A stretch of 29,837 bases of DNA from Sphingobacteriales bacterium (GCA_044376465.1 JBILKW010000001.1:1-29837); one strand, 5' to 3'; positions 10,111-18,644 are shown, counted from the stretch's first letter. The notes: generated from the sequence alone by a model not told the origin. Made by a program: numbers and translations.

Positions 10111-11526
10111 CTACTTCCCTCTTCCTTCTATTACCGTTGCGATGGTAAAAAATAGAATTTTAAAATCAACAGCAAGGCTCATGTTTTCGATATAAATGAT
10201 GTCGTATTTTAAACGCTCTAACATTTGTTCAACATTTTCTGCATAGCCATATTTTACTTGCCCCCAAGAGGTAATTCCAGGGCGAACTTTTTGTAAGTGT
10301 TTATAGTGTGGAGCATACTCCATAATTTGATCAATAAAAAATTGACGTTCGGGACGTGGACCAACTAAGGACATGTCGCCGATGAGTACATTATAAAATT
10401 GTGGAATTTCGTCGAGGCGTGTTTTGCGCATAAACCTTCCGAATGGAGTAATACGCGAATCATTTTCGCTAGAAAGTTGTGGGCCTAGTTTTTCTGCGCC
10501 CACCACCATAGATCTAAACTTTATAATTTTAAAAGGTTTACCATGAATACCAATACGTGTTTGACTAAAAAACACTGGACCTTTGGACGTAAATTTTACA
10601 ATACATGCTGTAATGAAATAAACTGGAGAAAGAAATAATAAAAATCCAAGCGAAACAAATACGTCTATTATTCTTTTCATATTTAATTGCCATGCAGGCA
10701 TTAAATCTGTTTTAATTTGAATTAAGGGTACACCAAATAAATGATTCATTTTTACAGAACCCGTAATGATGTCGTACATATCTGGAATTATTTTAACATC
10801 AGCTTTAGAATTTTCTAACACTTCAATTATCTTTTTTAAATCGTCATGTTCTGAGGATTCAATTGCAATAATTACTTCTTGAATGTTATACTTTTTAACA
10901 ATATCTGCTACTTCCTCATATTTTCCTAACTGAGGAAGATGTTGTGCTAATTCATTTTGATGGTTTACATCACCATTTACAAATCCTATAAATTTAAAAC
11001 CAACAGATTCTTTTTCAGATTCCAACTCTTTAAATAGCTTATATGCTTTAGTATTACTTCCAACTATTAAGGTATTGAAGCCAATTATTCTGCGCTTTAT
11101 CTTAGACTTTGTACTTGATGTAATAATTAGTCGGGGTGTGGCCGTTGCAAAAAAATGTAGAACAACTAGTGTTAAAAAAGATTTGTAATAGTTGGTATAA
11201 TTTGCCACTTCATCGTCTAGAATTAGAGCGAAAAACAGAACCAAAACCCCAATAAATGTTTGTGAAGCTGTTTGTAAAACTTCTTTGAGTCTGGATTTTT
11301 TATATATATTTCTATATGTACCACTTACGGTATATATAATAAGCCAATAAAACGGAATAATTAACAAACCAAGATAGAAATTTCGGTCGAAATCGATGGG
11401 AACATCAAAACCGAATTTTAAAGGTTCTACATAAATTTTACGATATGCAAAAAAACAAACCCATACGATTATTGAGGTTGAATAATCTGTTATAATGTAT
11501 TTAAGTGTTTGTTTAAATTTGTTCAT
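10111..11526 (-). CDS. Priming glycosyltransferase (polyprenyl-phosphate sugar phosphotransferase, WcaJ/WbaP-like)
   Basis: N-terminal TM helices, CoA-binding-like middle region ('TLIVGSN'), and a catalytic domain with 'KRIIDV', 'KIIKFRSM', 'DSRITPFGRFMRKTRLDEIPQFYNVLIGDMSLVGPRPE', 'RPGITSWGQV'. Confidence 0.92.
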   Translation of the reverse strand: MNKFKQTLKYIITDYSTSIIVWVCFFAYRKIYVEPLKFGFDVPIDFDRNFYLGLLIIPFYWLIIYTVSGTYRNIYKKSRLKEVLQTASQTFIGVLVLFFALILDDEVANYTNYYKSFLTLVVLHFFATATPRLIITSSTKSKIKRRIIGFNTLIVGSNTKAYKLFKELESEKESVGFKFIGFVNGDVNHQNELAQHLPQLGKYEEVADIVKKYNIQEVIIAIESSEHDDLKKIIEVLENSKADVKIIPDMYDIITGSVKMNHLFGVPLIQIKTDLMPAWQLNMKRIIDVFVSLGFLLFLSPVYFITACIVKFTSKGPVFFSQTRIGIHGKPFKIIKFRSMVVGAEKLGPQLSSENDSRITPFGRFMRKTRLDEIPQFYNVLIGDMSLVGPRPERQFFIDQIMEYAPHYKHLQKVRPGITSWGQVKYGYAENVEQMLERLKYDIIYIENMSLAVDFKILFFTIATVIEGRGK

Positions 11527-12443
11527 TTATACATTACCCTGAAGTTATCTATCAACACCTGAGTACTGGACTTATTGGTATCATGCGCGGCTTTAAAATA
11601 TACTCTGTATTTAGAATTTGAGTACCTAGAAACTGTGGATGTAAGGTTTAAATATAATTTTTTCCATTCATTATTGGTTGCGAGCATGGTTATTACACTG
11701 GCTTCGGTTACTTCAACTCCGTTGTTATTAATTACATACAATCCAATATTTAAATTCACATCAGATCGGTAATTTACCTCAAGATATACAGGGCGAGAGT
11801 TATTGGGAAGTGAGTATGCTTTCTCCGTTTCAAATTCCATAAAATCTTTAGTAGCATTCATTTCCATTAACATAGAGAAATTACCATCAAACACTAAAGC
11901 CGGATTATCTGTTCTTAAAATAGTATCCACGTCAGAGTTTAGTGTAGTTCTAAAAAGAGTACCTACCCCTTCAAATTCCTCTGGAAATTGCCCAACAGCC
12001 TCGGAAGGAAATTTAACAGAAAATGGATCATAAGAAATCCTCACAGCTAAAGTATCCGTTTTACCTAACTCTGCATTTATGGTTGTACTGTAATTTGTGA
12101 AAAAGGGATAAATTCTGCGCTCGCCATTTTGTGCACTCATGAGTATACCAGGAGAAACTGTTATTTTACGCTGGCCTGCGCCACTAAATACCGGAACATG
12201 TGCAGGTAATTCAAATGTGCCTATGTAAATACCATCCACATATATCCAAGCATCTTTAATTTGATGTACCCCTGGTTTAGCAGCAATTGCAGGTATTTTT
12301 GTAGAATCCATAAAACTTATGGAATCAATTCTCAAATAGAATGGGATATCTTCGCTAGGATTTATAATTTCGCAAGATGAAACTGCAATAAAAACCGATA
12401 TTAGGGATATAAAATAAGTGGTACTTCGTAAAAGTTGTTTCAT
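11523..12443 (-). CDS. Uncharacterised 306-aa lipoprotein
   Basis: Lipobox 'VSSC' followed by EIINPSED. ATGA overlap with the sugar transferase start indicates translational coupling. Confidence 0.8.
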   Translation of the reverse strand: MKQLLRSTTYFISLISVFIAVSSCEIINPSEDIPFYLRIDSISFMDSTKIPAIAAKPGVHQIKDAWIYVDGIYIGTFELPAHVPVFSGAGQRKITVSPGILMSAQNGERRIYPFFTNYSTTINAELGKTDTLAVRISYDPFSVKFPSEAVGQFPEEFEGVGTLFRTTLNSDVDTILRTDNPALVFDGNFSMLMEMNATKDFMEFETEKAYSLPNNSRPVYLEVNYRSDVNLNIGLYVINNNGVEVTEASVITMLATNNEWKKLYLNLTSTVSRYSNSKYRVYFKAAHDTNKSSTQVLIDNFRVMYK

Positions 12444-12526
12444 GTATGAATTAAAAATTGTTCGAAAATAAGGAATTCCACTGAAAACTTAAGGATTAAA
12501 CGTTAAAAGCGAAAAGCTAGTATTTA

Positions 12527-13204
12527 ATGCAAATGAAAATTAAAGAATTAACTGATCAATTCATTGATAGTTACAAACATAAAGGGGAGCGTAAAATTCT
12601 TATAGAGCACTTGCGTAAACGAGGCATAACGAACGAACAGGTATTAGAATGTATGATGTTAGTTCCTAGACATTTTTTCTTTCACAAAGATTTTTGGGAC
12701 CATGCATATGAAGACAAAGCATTTCAGATAGGCGCTGGACAAACCATTTCTCACCCTCATACCGTTGCATATCAAACTGAATTATTAGGCATTACAGAAA
12801 ATGATAAGGTGTTAGAAATTGGCACAGGTTCAGGCTATCAAACATCAATATTATTAGAGTTGGGAGCCATAGTTTATACCATCGAACGGCAAAAAGAGCT
12901 TTTTGATAAAACTAAAAAGCTATTGAGTGCCCTTTCATATAAGCCCAAATACTTTTTTGGCGATGGCTCTAAAGGCATCCCTGCATTTGCTCCATTTGAT
13001 AAAATAATATGCACGGCAGGCTCACCAAGTATTCCAAACACCCTACTGGCTCAGTTAAAAATAGGAGGTCGAATGGTGATTCCTGTAGGAGATGAAAAGT
13101 CTCAAAAAATGAACTTAGTTGAGCGCATCACTCATTCAGAATTTCATACGGAAGCATTAGATTCTTTTCGCTTTGTGCCAATGATTGGAGAACAAGCCTG
13201 GTAA
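12527..13204 (+). CDS. pcm: Protein-L-isoaspartate O-methyltransferase
   Basis: 'VPRHFF', 'AYEDKAFQIGAGQTISHP', SAM motif 'VLEIGTGSGYQ', 'PFDKIICTAG', 'GGRMVIPVG', 'FRFVPM'. An alternative start is ATG 12533. Confidence 0.96.
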   Translation: MQMKIKELTDQFIDSYKHKGERKILIEHLRKRGITNEQVLECMMLVPRHFFFHKDFWDHAYEDKAFQIGAGQTISHPHTVAYQTELLGITENDKVLEIGTGSGYQTSILLELGAIVYTIERQKELFDKTKKLLSALSYKPKYFFGDGSKGIPAFAPFDKIICTAGSPSIPNTLLAQLKIGGRMVIPVGDEKSQKMNLVERITHSEFHTEALDSFRFVPMIGEQAW

Positions 13205-13251
13205 GATTATTGAGTATAAATACCAGCCCAACAAAGAGTTACGGACTCCCA

Positions 13252-13294
13252 TGTTTATGAACTTTGTGGATAAGTTATAAACAAATGTTAATAA
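13252..13294. promoter_or_regulatory. Cluster of DnaA-box-like 9-mers
   Basis: TGTGGATAA (13265-13273) is the perfect reverse complement of TTATCCACA. TTATAAACA (13275-13283), TGTTAATAA (13286-13294) and TGTTTATGA (13252-13260) fit or nearly fit TTATNNACA. Confidence 0.5.
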
Positions 13295-13344
13295 ATACAA
13301 GGTGCTCTAGCCCTTATATCCGAAAATGCCTGAGCAAATTTAGT

Positions 13345-13352
13345 TAGATTTG
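13345..13352 (+). promoter_or_regulatory. -7 element (TAGATTTG) for the beta-barrel gene
   Basis: Exact TAnnTTTG match 43 nt upstream of the ATG at 13396. Confidence 0.5.
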
Positions 13353-13395
13353 ATAATACAATATTTATTTTACTTTAAACCTAAAACAAAAAAGT

Positions 13396-14070
13396 ATGAA
13401 AAAATTAATGTTAATCGCAGTATTTGCTGGAGTAGCAACCATTGCATCTGCACAATTTAAACCTGAAGCTGGTCAAAAGACTTTAGAAACTAAATTAGCA
13501 CCGTTAGGCGGAACACCGCTTAGCATCGATGGAATTAGACTCAGAATGTTTAATGACGCTACTACTGCCTACAGATTAGGCCTGAACTTAAATTATTCAA
13601 ATTCGAAATCTAGAACTGGCACTACAGCTGATGGTTCAACCGAATTGTATGATAAAAATTCGGCTTTAGGTATTAGTTTAAGCCCAGGTATTGAAAAACA
13701 CATGGCAGGAACAAATAGATTATCGCCATATATGGGGGCTGAATTAAATATCGGTTTCCGAACAACCACAGAAGTATCTGAATTTGAAAGCACAACTACT
13801 GCTAACAAAGTGGAAGAACAAACCATTAAAGGTAACGGTGGCTTTTTCAGTGTAGGCGCAAATGTTGTAGCTGGTGCTGATTATTATATTTCGAGCAAAC
13901 TTTACATGGGGGTTGAACTAAGTTATGGACTTAACTTAGTAAATAGTGCAACCATTAAAGAAGAAACTACTGTAGCTGGTGCACCAACAGTTAAAGATCA
14001 AAAACCAGGAAATTCATTTAACTTTAGTCCTGGTGTAATGGGTCAGTTCCGTATAGGTTATGCGTTCTAA
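13396..14070 (+). CDS. Small outer-membrane beta-barrel protein (OMP_b-brl-like, probably 8 strands)
   Basis: Signal peptide ends ASA-Q. Alternating strands 'YRLGLNLNY', 'LSPYMGAELNIGF', 'LYMGVELSYGL', and a terminal BAM-type signal 'FRIGYAF'. Confidence 0.85.
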   Translation: MKKLMLIAVFAGVATIASAQFKPEAGQKTLETKLAPLGGTPLSIDGIRLRMFNDATTAYRLGLNLNYSNSKSRTGTTADGSTELYDKNSALGISLSPGIEKHMAGTNRLSPYMGAELNIGFRTTTEVSEFESTTTANKVEEQTIKGNGGFFSVGANVVAGADYYISSKLYMGVELSYGLNLVNSATIKEETTVAGAPTVKDQKPGNSFNFSPGVMGQFRIGYAF

Positions 14071-14090
14071 TTTGCATCCATAACTTCCTT

Positions 14091-14138
14091 TATACTAAAT
14101 AAAAAATGCCCCAAATGGGGCATTTTTTATTTAGTATA
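14091..14138 (+). terminator. Intrinsic terminator of the beta-barrel gene (perfect 22-bp inverted repeat)
   Basis: TATACTAAATAAAAAATGCCCC, AAAT loop, GGGGCATTTTTTATTTAGTATA. Confidence 0.9.
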
Positions 14139-14142
14139 TTTG
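14135..14142 (+). promoter_or_regulatory. -7 element (TATATTTG) for smpB
   Basis: Exact TAnnTTTG match ending 7 nt before the smpB ATG. It overlaps the right arm of the upstream terminator. Confidence 0.6.
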
Positions 14143-14149
14143 CAATCCC

Positions 14150-14596
14150 ATGGCAGAAAACATCAGCATAAAAAATAAGAAGGCTTATTTCGAATATCAT
14201 ATTTTAGATAAATATGTTGCTGGGATTGAATTGCTCGGCACCGAAATAAAATCGATACGTGCCGGCAAAGCGAACTTAAGCGATGGCTTTTGCACTTTTG
14301 TAGGCAACGAATTATTTGCCTTCAACATTCACATCTCCGAATACAGCATGGGTTCTTTCTACAATCACGAACCCAAACGTAATCGCAAGTTATTACTCAA
14401 CAAAAAAGAATTACGTAAGCTTCAACAAAAATCACAAGATAAGGGAACAACCATCGTACCCTTGCAAGTTTTCTTTACCGATCGTGGTTTTGCAAAAATG
14501 GAAATAGCCTTGGCTCAAGGTAAAAAATTGCACGATAAACGCGACACGATGAAAGAACGCGACGCAAAAGTTGAACTTGGTAGAGCTATTAGATAG
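14150..14596 (+). CDS. smpB: SsrA-binding protein SmpB
   Basis: 'NKKAYFEYHILDKYVAGIELLGTEIKSIR', 'HEPKRNRKLLL', 'AQGKKLHDKR'. Confidence 0.98.
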   Translation: MAENISIKNKKAYFEYHILDKYVAGIELLGTEIKSIRAGKANLSDGFCTFVGNELFAFNIHISEYSMGSFYNHEPKRNRKLLLNKKELRKLQQKSQDKGTTIVPLQVFFTDRGFAKMEIALAQGKKLHDKRDTMKERDAKVELGRAIR

Positions 14597-14691
14597 TCGA
14601 ACTAGCGAATTTACGAATTAGCGAATTTGCGAATTTGCGAAGTGCATCGAGTTCGCAAATTCGCTAGTTCGCAAATTCGCTAGTTCGATTT
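14594..14691. repeat. Long palindrome built from octamers at the smpB / mntH convergent junction
   Basis: Left units CTAGCGAA, TTTACGAA, TTAGCGAA, TTTGCGAA, TTTGCGAA (14602-14641). Right units TTCGCAAA and TTCGCTAG alternate (14652-14683). 14597-14633 matches the reverse complement of 14652-14688 at 35 of 37 positions. Confidence 0.92.
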
Positions 14692-16558
14692 AACGTTCTC
14701 TTGCAATTAACACCGGTATTTTCACCCTGTGGCGTAATGAATCGAGTGTTGAGCCTAGTAACAAATCTTTTATCCCTTTGTGTCCGTGCGCTGCTATTAC
14801 AATTAAATCTACTTGTTCTGTAGTGGCAATGTCGGCAATTGCTTTTGCAGGGTTTCCGTAACCAATTATAGATTCTGTTTTGAAATTATTTTTCTTCAAT
14901 TCTGTTACAAATAATTCTAATTCTTCTTTATCAGTTCGAGTTTCTTGATCGTCGGATTGTTTACCAGAATACCTAGCCGCTACCGTTTCAACCACATGTA
15001 CCAACACATAGGTTGCAGCATTCCCTCCTATTTGTAGGGCTTGGTTTATGGCAATTTTATCAAAAGAACTAAAGTCAATAGGAATTAAAATACGTTCTGC
15101 CCTCTTAGGTAAATCAATTTCAAAGGAATTAAAACCTGCATGCGGCAAAACCAATGGTCGCATGTTTTTACTTATCCATGGTTGTAAAATAATATAACCC
15201 AACAAGAATGCAAAAAAAGCAATTATTGGCAATACGAAATAATAAATCACCCATGTGCTTTCTGCTGTTTGTATCCAATCATTTAAATACTCATACACTA
15301 ATTTTATATTTAAACTAATGATGATAATGGCACTCAGCCATGCTAAAATTTTCAACCAATTTTTAATCACAAACTCCTCCATTTGTTTTTTATCCGAAGT
15401 AAAATGTATTAGAGGAATAATGGCGAAACCTAATTGTAAACTCAACACAACTTGACTTAAAATTAATAATGTCCCCAGTTTTTCTTCACCAAAATATAAG
15501 ATGGTTATAAATGCTGGAGTAACTGCAATTAGCCGCGTAATTAATCTACGCAACCAGGGTCTAATTCTTAAATTTAAATATCCTTCCATTACTATTTGCC
15601 CCGCCAGAGTACCTGTAATGGTTGAACTTTGTCCGGCACAAATAAGCGCTATAGCAAAAAGTGTAGGTGCTAAATTTCCGAATATATCTGATAATAGTCT
15701 GTGTGCATCTTGTATTTCGGCAACCTGAAAAAAGCCATTTTTATAAAATGCAGTAGCTGCTAAAATTAAAATGGAGGCATTTACAAAAAAAGCCAGATTT
15801 AACGCAATGGTAGAGTCTATAAAATTATATTTCAACGCGTCTTTAATCCCTTTATACGTTTTATTGATGGAGCGAGTTTGTACCAAGGAGGAATGTAAAT
15901 ACAAGTTATGTGGCATTACCGTAGCTCCGATAATACCGATGGCAATATACAGTGCACCGCCATCTAAATTAGTGGGCATAAAACCAGTAATTATTTCTGA
16001 AATTTTTGGCTGCGAAATGTAAAGTTCGATTAAAAATGAAATGCCAATTACAAAAATTAAGGAGATGATAAAACGTTCTAAAATTTTAATTCCTCTATTC
16101 ATCAGAAATAATAAAAGCAAGGTATCAAACACGGTAATGCATATACCAAGAAGCAAAGGCATACCAAATAATAGTTGTAACCCAATAGCCATGCCAATTA
16201 TTTCTGCAAGATCGCAAGCTGCAATGGCAAGTTCTGCCAATACATACAAAGGTATATTTACCCATGATGGATAAATTTTACGTGATGCTTGCGCTAAATC
16301 TAAGCCTCTTACAATCCCTAACCGTGCACTTAAACTTTGTAGTAAAAGTGCCATTAAGTTCGACATTAATAGAACCCATAATAACTGATAGCCGAACATA
16401 CTACCGCCCGCAATATCGGTAGCCCAATTACCCGGATCCATATAGCCTACGCTCACTAAATACGCCGGACCAACAAATGCGAAAAACTTTTTCCATTTAT
16501 TTTTCCCTTCGGGTATTTGCACACTTCTGTGTACTTCGCTCAACGATTCTTCTTGCAT
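14690..16558 (-). CDS. mntH: Nramp-family Mn2+ transporter with a C-terminal universal stress protein domain
   Basis: 'VGYMDPGNWATD', 'GATVMPHNLYLHS', 'GQSSTITGTLAGQIVMEG', 'ILSQVVLSLQL'. C-terminal USP fold 'ILIPIDFS...LIVIAAHGHKGIKDLLLGST...PVLI'. Confidence 0.95.
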   Translation of the reverse strand: MQEESLSEVHRSVQIPEGKNKWKKFFAFVGPAYLVSVGYMDPGNWATDIAGGSMFGYQLLWVLLMSNLMALLLQSLSARLGIVRGLDLAQASRKIYPSWVNIPLYVLAELAIAACDLAEIIGMAIGLQLLFGMPLLLGICITVFDTLLLLFLMNRGIKILERFIISLIFVIGISFLIELYISQPKISEIITGFMPTNLDGGALYIAIGIIGATVMPHNLYLHSSLVQTRSINKTYKGIKDALKYNFIDSTIALNLAFFVNASILILAATAFYKNGFFQVAEIQDAHRLLSDIFGNLAPTLFAIALICAGQSSTITGTLAGQIVMEGYLNLRIRPWLRRLITRLIAVTPAFITILYFGEEKLGTLLILSQVVLSLQLGFAIIPLIHFTSDKKQMEEFVIKNWLKILAWLSAIIIISLNIKLVYEYLNDWIQTAESTWVIYYFVLPIIAFFAFLLGYIILQPWISKNMRPLVLPHAGFNSFEIDLPKRAERILIPIDFSSFDKIAINQALQIGGNAATYVLVHVVETVAARYSGKQSDDQETRTDKEELELFVTELKKNNFKTESIIGYGNPAKAIADIATTEQVDLIVIAAHGHKGIKDLLLGSTLDSLRHRVKIPVLIARER

Positions 16559-16559
16559 C

Positions 16560-17222
16560 TTATTTGTTAAATACTAAAAGATTTTTTGCAACTTCTTTAC
16601 TTATAAATAGTGGTTCGTTTTTTTCGATGCGTATCCAAAAAGAATTATCGTATTCATTCTTATCTTCTACAGATACTAATGCTCCTAGCCCTAGTCCTAT
16701 TTTCTCTAGGTGTTTTAAAAAGGTAGCACTGTGTTCGCTTACTCCAGAAATATTACCTACAAAACCAACAGGCATGTCGTATAATACTTCCATCTTTTTA
16801 TTCGTGAATACTCCTTTTTTACTCGGTATCGGGTCTCCGTGCGGATCATATTGTGGTGCACCTAAATAATCATTCAACTTTTCTATTAATTCATCTGATT
16901 CTATGTGTTCCATTTGCTCGGCAATATCATGCACCTCGTCCCACTTAAACTTTAACTTATTTACCAAAAAGGTTTCCCATAATCGGTGCTTACGAATTAT
17001 GTTTACTGCCACTTTTGAACCTGCATCTGTTAAACTTACTCCTTGGTATTTTTGGTAGTGAATGAGTGATTTTTCAGATAATCTTTTCAACATATCAGTA
17101 ACGGAAGCAGCCTTTGTGTTCATTTCTTTAGAGATTTCATTTGTACTAACCTCAGAATCTTGCTTCTCCTGCAATTTATAAATTGCCTTTAGGTAATTCT
17201 CTTCAGTATAGGAGTTCTTCAT
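16560..17222 (-). CDS. mntR: DtxR/MntR-family metal-dependent repressor with a FeoA-like C-terminal domain
   Basis: 'TEENYLKAIY', 'ASVTDMLKRL', 'IRKHRLWETFL', 'AEQMEH', 'DPHGDPIP'. Its stop is 1 nt from the mntH start. Confidence 0.9.
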   Translation of the reverse strand: MKNSYTEENYLKAIYKLQEKQDSEVSTNEISKEMNTKAASVTDMLKRLSEKSLIHYQKYQGVSLTDAGSKVAVNIIRKHRLWETFLVNKLKFKWDEVHDIAEQMEHIESDELIEKLNDYLGAPQYDPHGDPIPSKKGVFTNKKMEVLYDMPVGFVGNISGVSEHSATFLKHLEKIGLGLGALVSVEDKNEYDNSFWIRIEKNEPLFISKEVAKNLLVFNK

Positions 17223-17232
17223 CTAAATATTT

Positions 17233-17250
17233 TTTTTGACTCATCTAAAA
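17233..17250. promoter_or_regulatory. Candidate MntR operator (imperfect 18-bp palindrome)
   Basis: Minus strand reads TTTTAGATGAGTCAAAAA (TTTTnGA-N4-TCnAAAA). It lies between a TATTTTCG -7-like element (17253-17260) and the mntR ATG. Confidence 0.5.
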
Positions 17251-17396
17251 TACGAAAATATTCTTTTATCTGGCCATTAAGGCTTTGTGTATTAAAAAAA
17301 TTCAGGTATTCATGATGTAAGCATAAAAGCAATTTCAGTATTTATTGCTGTAAGAGTTAAGGGTGTTTAAGCCTAACAAATTAAAATAATATGGTC

Positions 17397-18068
17397 TTAC
17401 CAATTTATTGGGCTCTTACCGTGTTCTGTTAAATATAGGTTGGTTTTGGAGAAATGCTTACACCCAAAGAACCCTCTACTTGCAGAAAGTGGCGAGGGAT
17501 GATTAGCTTCTAAAATTAAATGCTTATTGCCATCAATTAATGGCTTTTTTGATTTTGCATAATTACCCCAAAGCAGAAATACAATATTAGTCAGCTCTTT
17601 GCTAATTTCAGATATAATGGCATCGGTAAATTCTTCCCATCCTTTTTTCTGATGAGAGCCTGGCAGGGATGTCTCAACCGTAAGTACCGTATTGAGCAAT
17701 AAAACTCCTTGATTGGCCCATGGAGTTAGATCGCCATGAATTGGGATTTCGACAGAAATATCGTTGTGCAATTCTTTGTAAATATTACGTAAAGACGCTG
17801 GAATTTTTTGTCCTCTATTCACAGAAAATGCCAGTCCATTTGCTTGATTTAATCCATGATACGGATCTTGCCCAATTATAACCACCTTGTATTGATTAAA
17901 AGGAATCATTTTAAATGCGTTAAAAATTGCAGATTCGGGTGGATAAATAGTTTTATTGAGACTAATCTCTTTATTCAAAAAATCGGCTAATCCTTGAGAA
18001 TATATAGACTCAAATGTATTTTTTAGCTTGTTTGTGAGACCTATACAAGTACTTATTTGTTCTAACAT
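17397..18068 (-). CDS. ung: Uracil-DNA glycosylase, family 1
   Basis: Catalytic motifs 'GQDPYH' and 'HPSPLS', plus 'GLAFSV' and 'QGVLLLN'. Start reassigned to ATG 18068 (MLEQ). Confidence 0.96.
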   Translation of the reverse strand: MLEQISTCIGLTNKLKNTFESIYSQGLADFLNKEISLNKTIYPPESAIFNAFKMIPFNQYKVVIIGQDPYHGLNQANGLAFSVNRGQKIPASLRNIYKELHNDISVEIPIHGDLTPWANQGVLLLNTVLTVETSLPGSHQKKGWEEFTDAIISEISKELTNIVFLLWGNYAKSKKPLIDGNKHLILEANHPSPLSASRGFFGCKHFSKTNLYLTEHGKSPINW

Positions 18069-18145
18069 TCTAAAAAAATTGAAAATAATTTTTGAAAATA
18101 TTATATTCGTCGTCAATTTAATAATACTCAAACAAAATTAAACAT

Positions 18146-18580
18146 ATGAATCATTTATTTTTACGATCATTATTAGTAATCGGAATCGCGTTTGGAATCG
18201 TATCATGTTCTGATGACGAAGTAAGCCCAGCTCCAACCATAATTGGCAAATGGAATGTAAACACATTTATCAATACTACAAAAATCGGAACAACAATCTT
18301 GTTGAATGATACTGCTAAATTTGACGCCGGTGAATTTACCATCGAATTTAGCGCCAATAAAGCATACAATACATTAGGGCCAGATAAGGATACGGTAGAA
18401 TATACTTTTAAAAACAATACCTTAACATTTTATGATTACGATCCAATTGATGGGTACGATACAACCGTGTTCAACTATGTAAATCTTACTAGCAATGGTT
18501 TAATAATTGCTTCGCGTGATACAACCATAACAACAGGTGGAGAACTGGTTTCTAACACTGAATGTAGAATGACTAAGTAA
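18146..18580 (+). CDS. Small lipoprotein, lipocalin-like fold
   Basis: Lipobox 'IVSC' followed by SDDE, and the motif 'IIGKWNV' typical of Bacteroidota lipocalin-like domains. Confidence 0.75.
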   Translation: MNHLFLRSLLVIGIAFGIVSCSDDEVSPAPTIIGKWNVNTFINTTKIGTTILLNDTAKFDAGEFTIEFSANKAYNTLGPDKDTVEYTFKNNTLTFYDYDPIDGYDTTVFNYVNLTSNGLIIASRDTTITTGGELVSNTECRMTK

Positions 18581-18587
18581 TTTCGAA

Positions 18588-18643
18588 AGTCAGAAAACTT
18601 AAAGACCGAAAGTTGATCATTCGGATTTTCGGTCTTTAGGATG
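18588..18643. repeat. Degenerate octamer array forming a hairpin (probable bidirectional terminator) at the lipoprotein / lysS junction
   Basis: TAAAGACCGAAA (18600-18611) pairs with TTTCGGTCTTTA (18627-18638). Right units TTCGGATT, TTCGGTCT, TTAGGATG. Left units AGTCAGAA and AGACCGAA. Confidence 0.7.
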
Positions 18644-18644
18644 T

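Noticed and set aside
14597-14689. tmRNA or another structured ncRNA next to smpB
   Set aside because: The region is only about 90 nt and purely repetitive, with no tRNA-like ends or tag reading frame.
14594-14691. Repeat arrays (this one and those at 20773 and 26616) as mini-CRISPRs
   Set aside because: Units are 7-8 nt and contiguous, with no unique spacers, no 23-47-nt repeats and no cas genes.
17261-17396. Mn-sensing yybP-ykoY riboswitch upstream of mntR-mntH
   Set aside because: No conserved core or convincing stems are visible, and the likely promoter lies downstream of this stretch.
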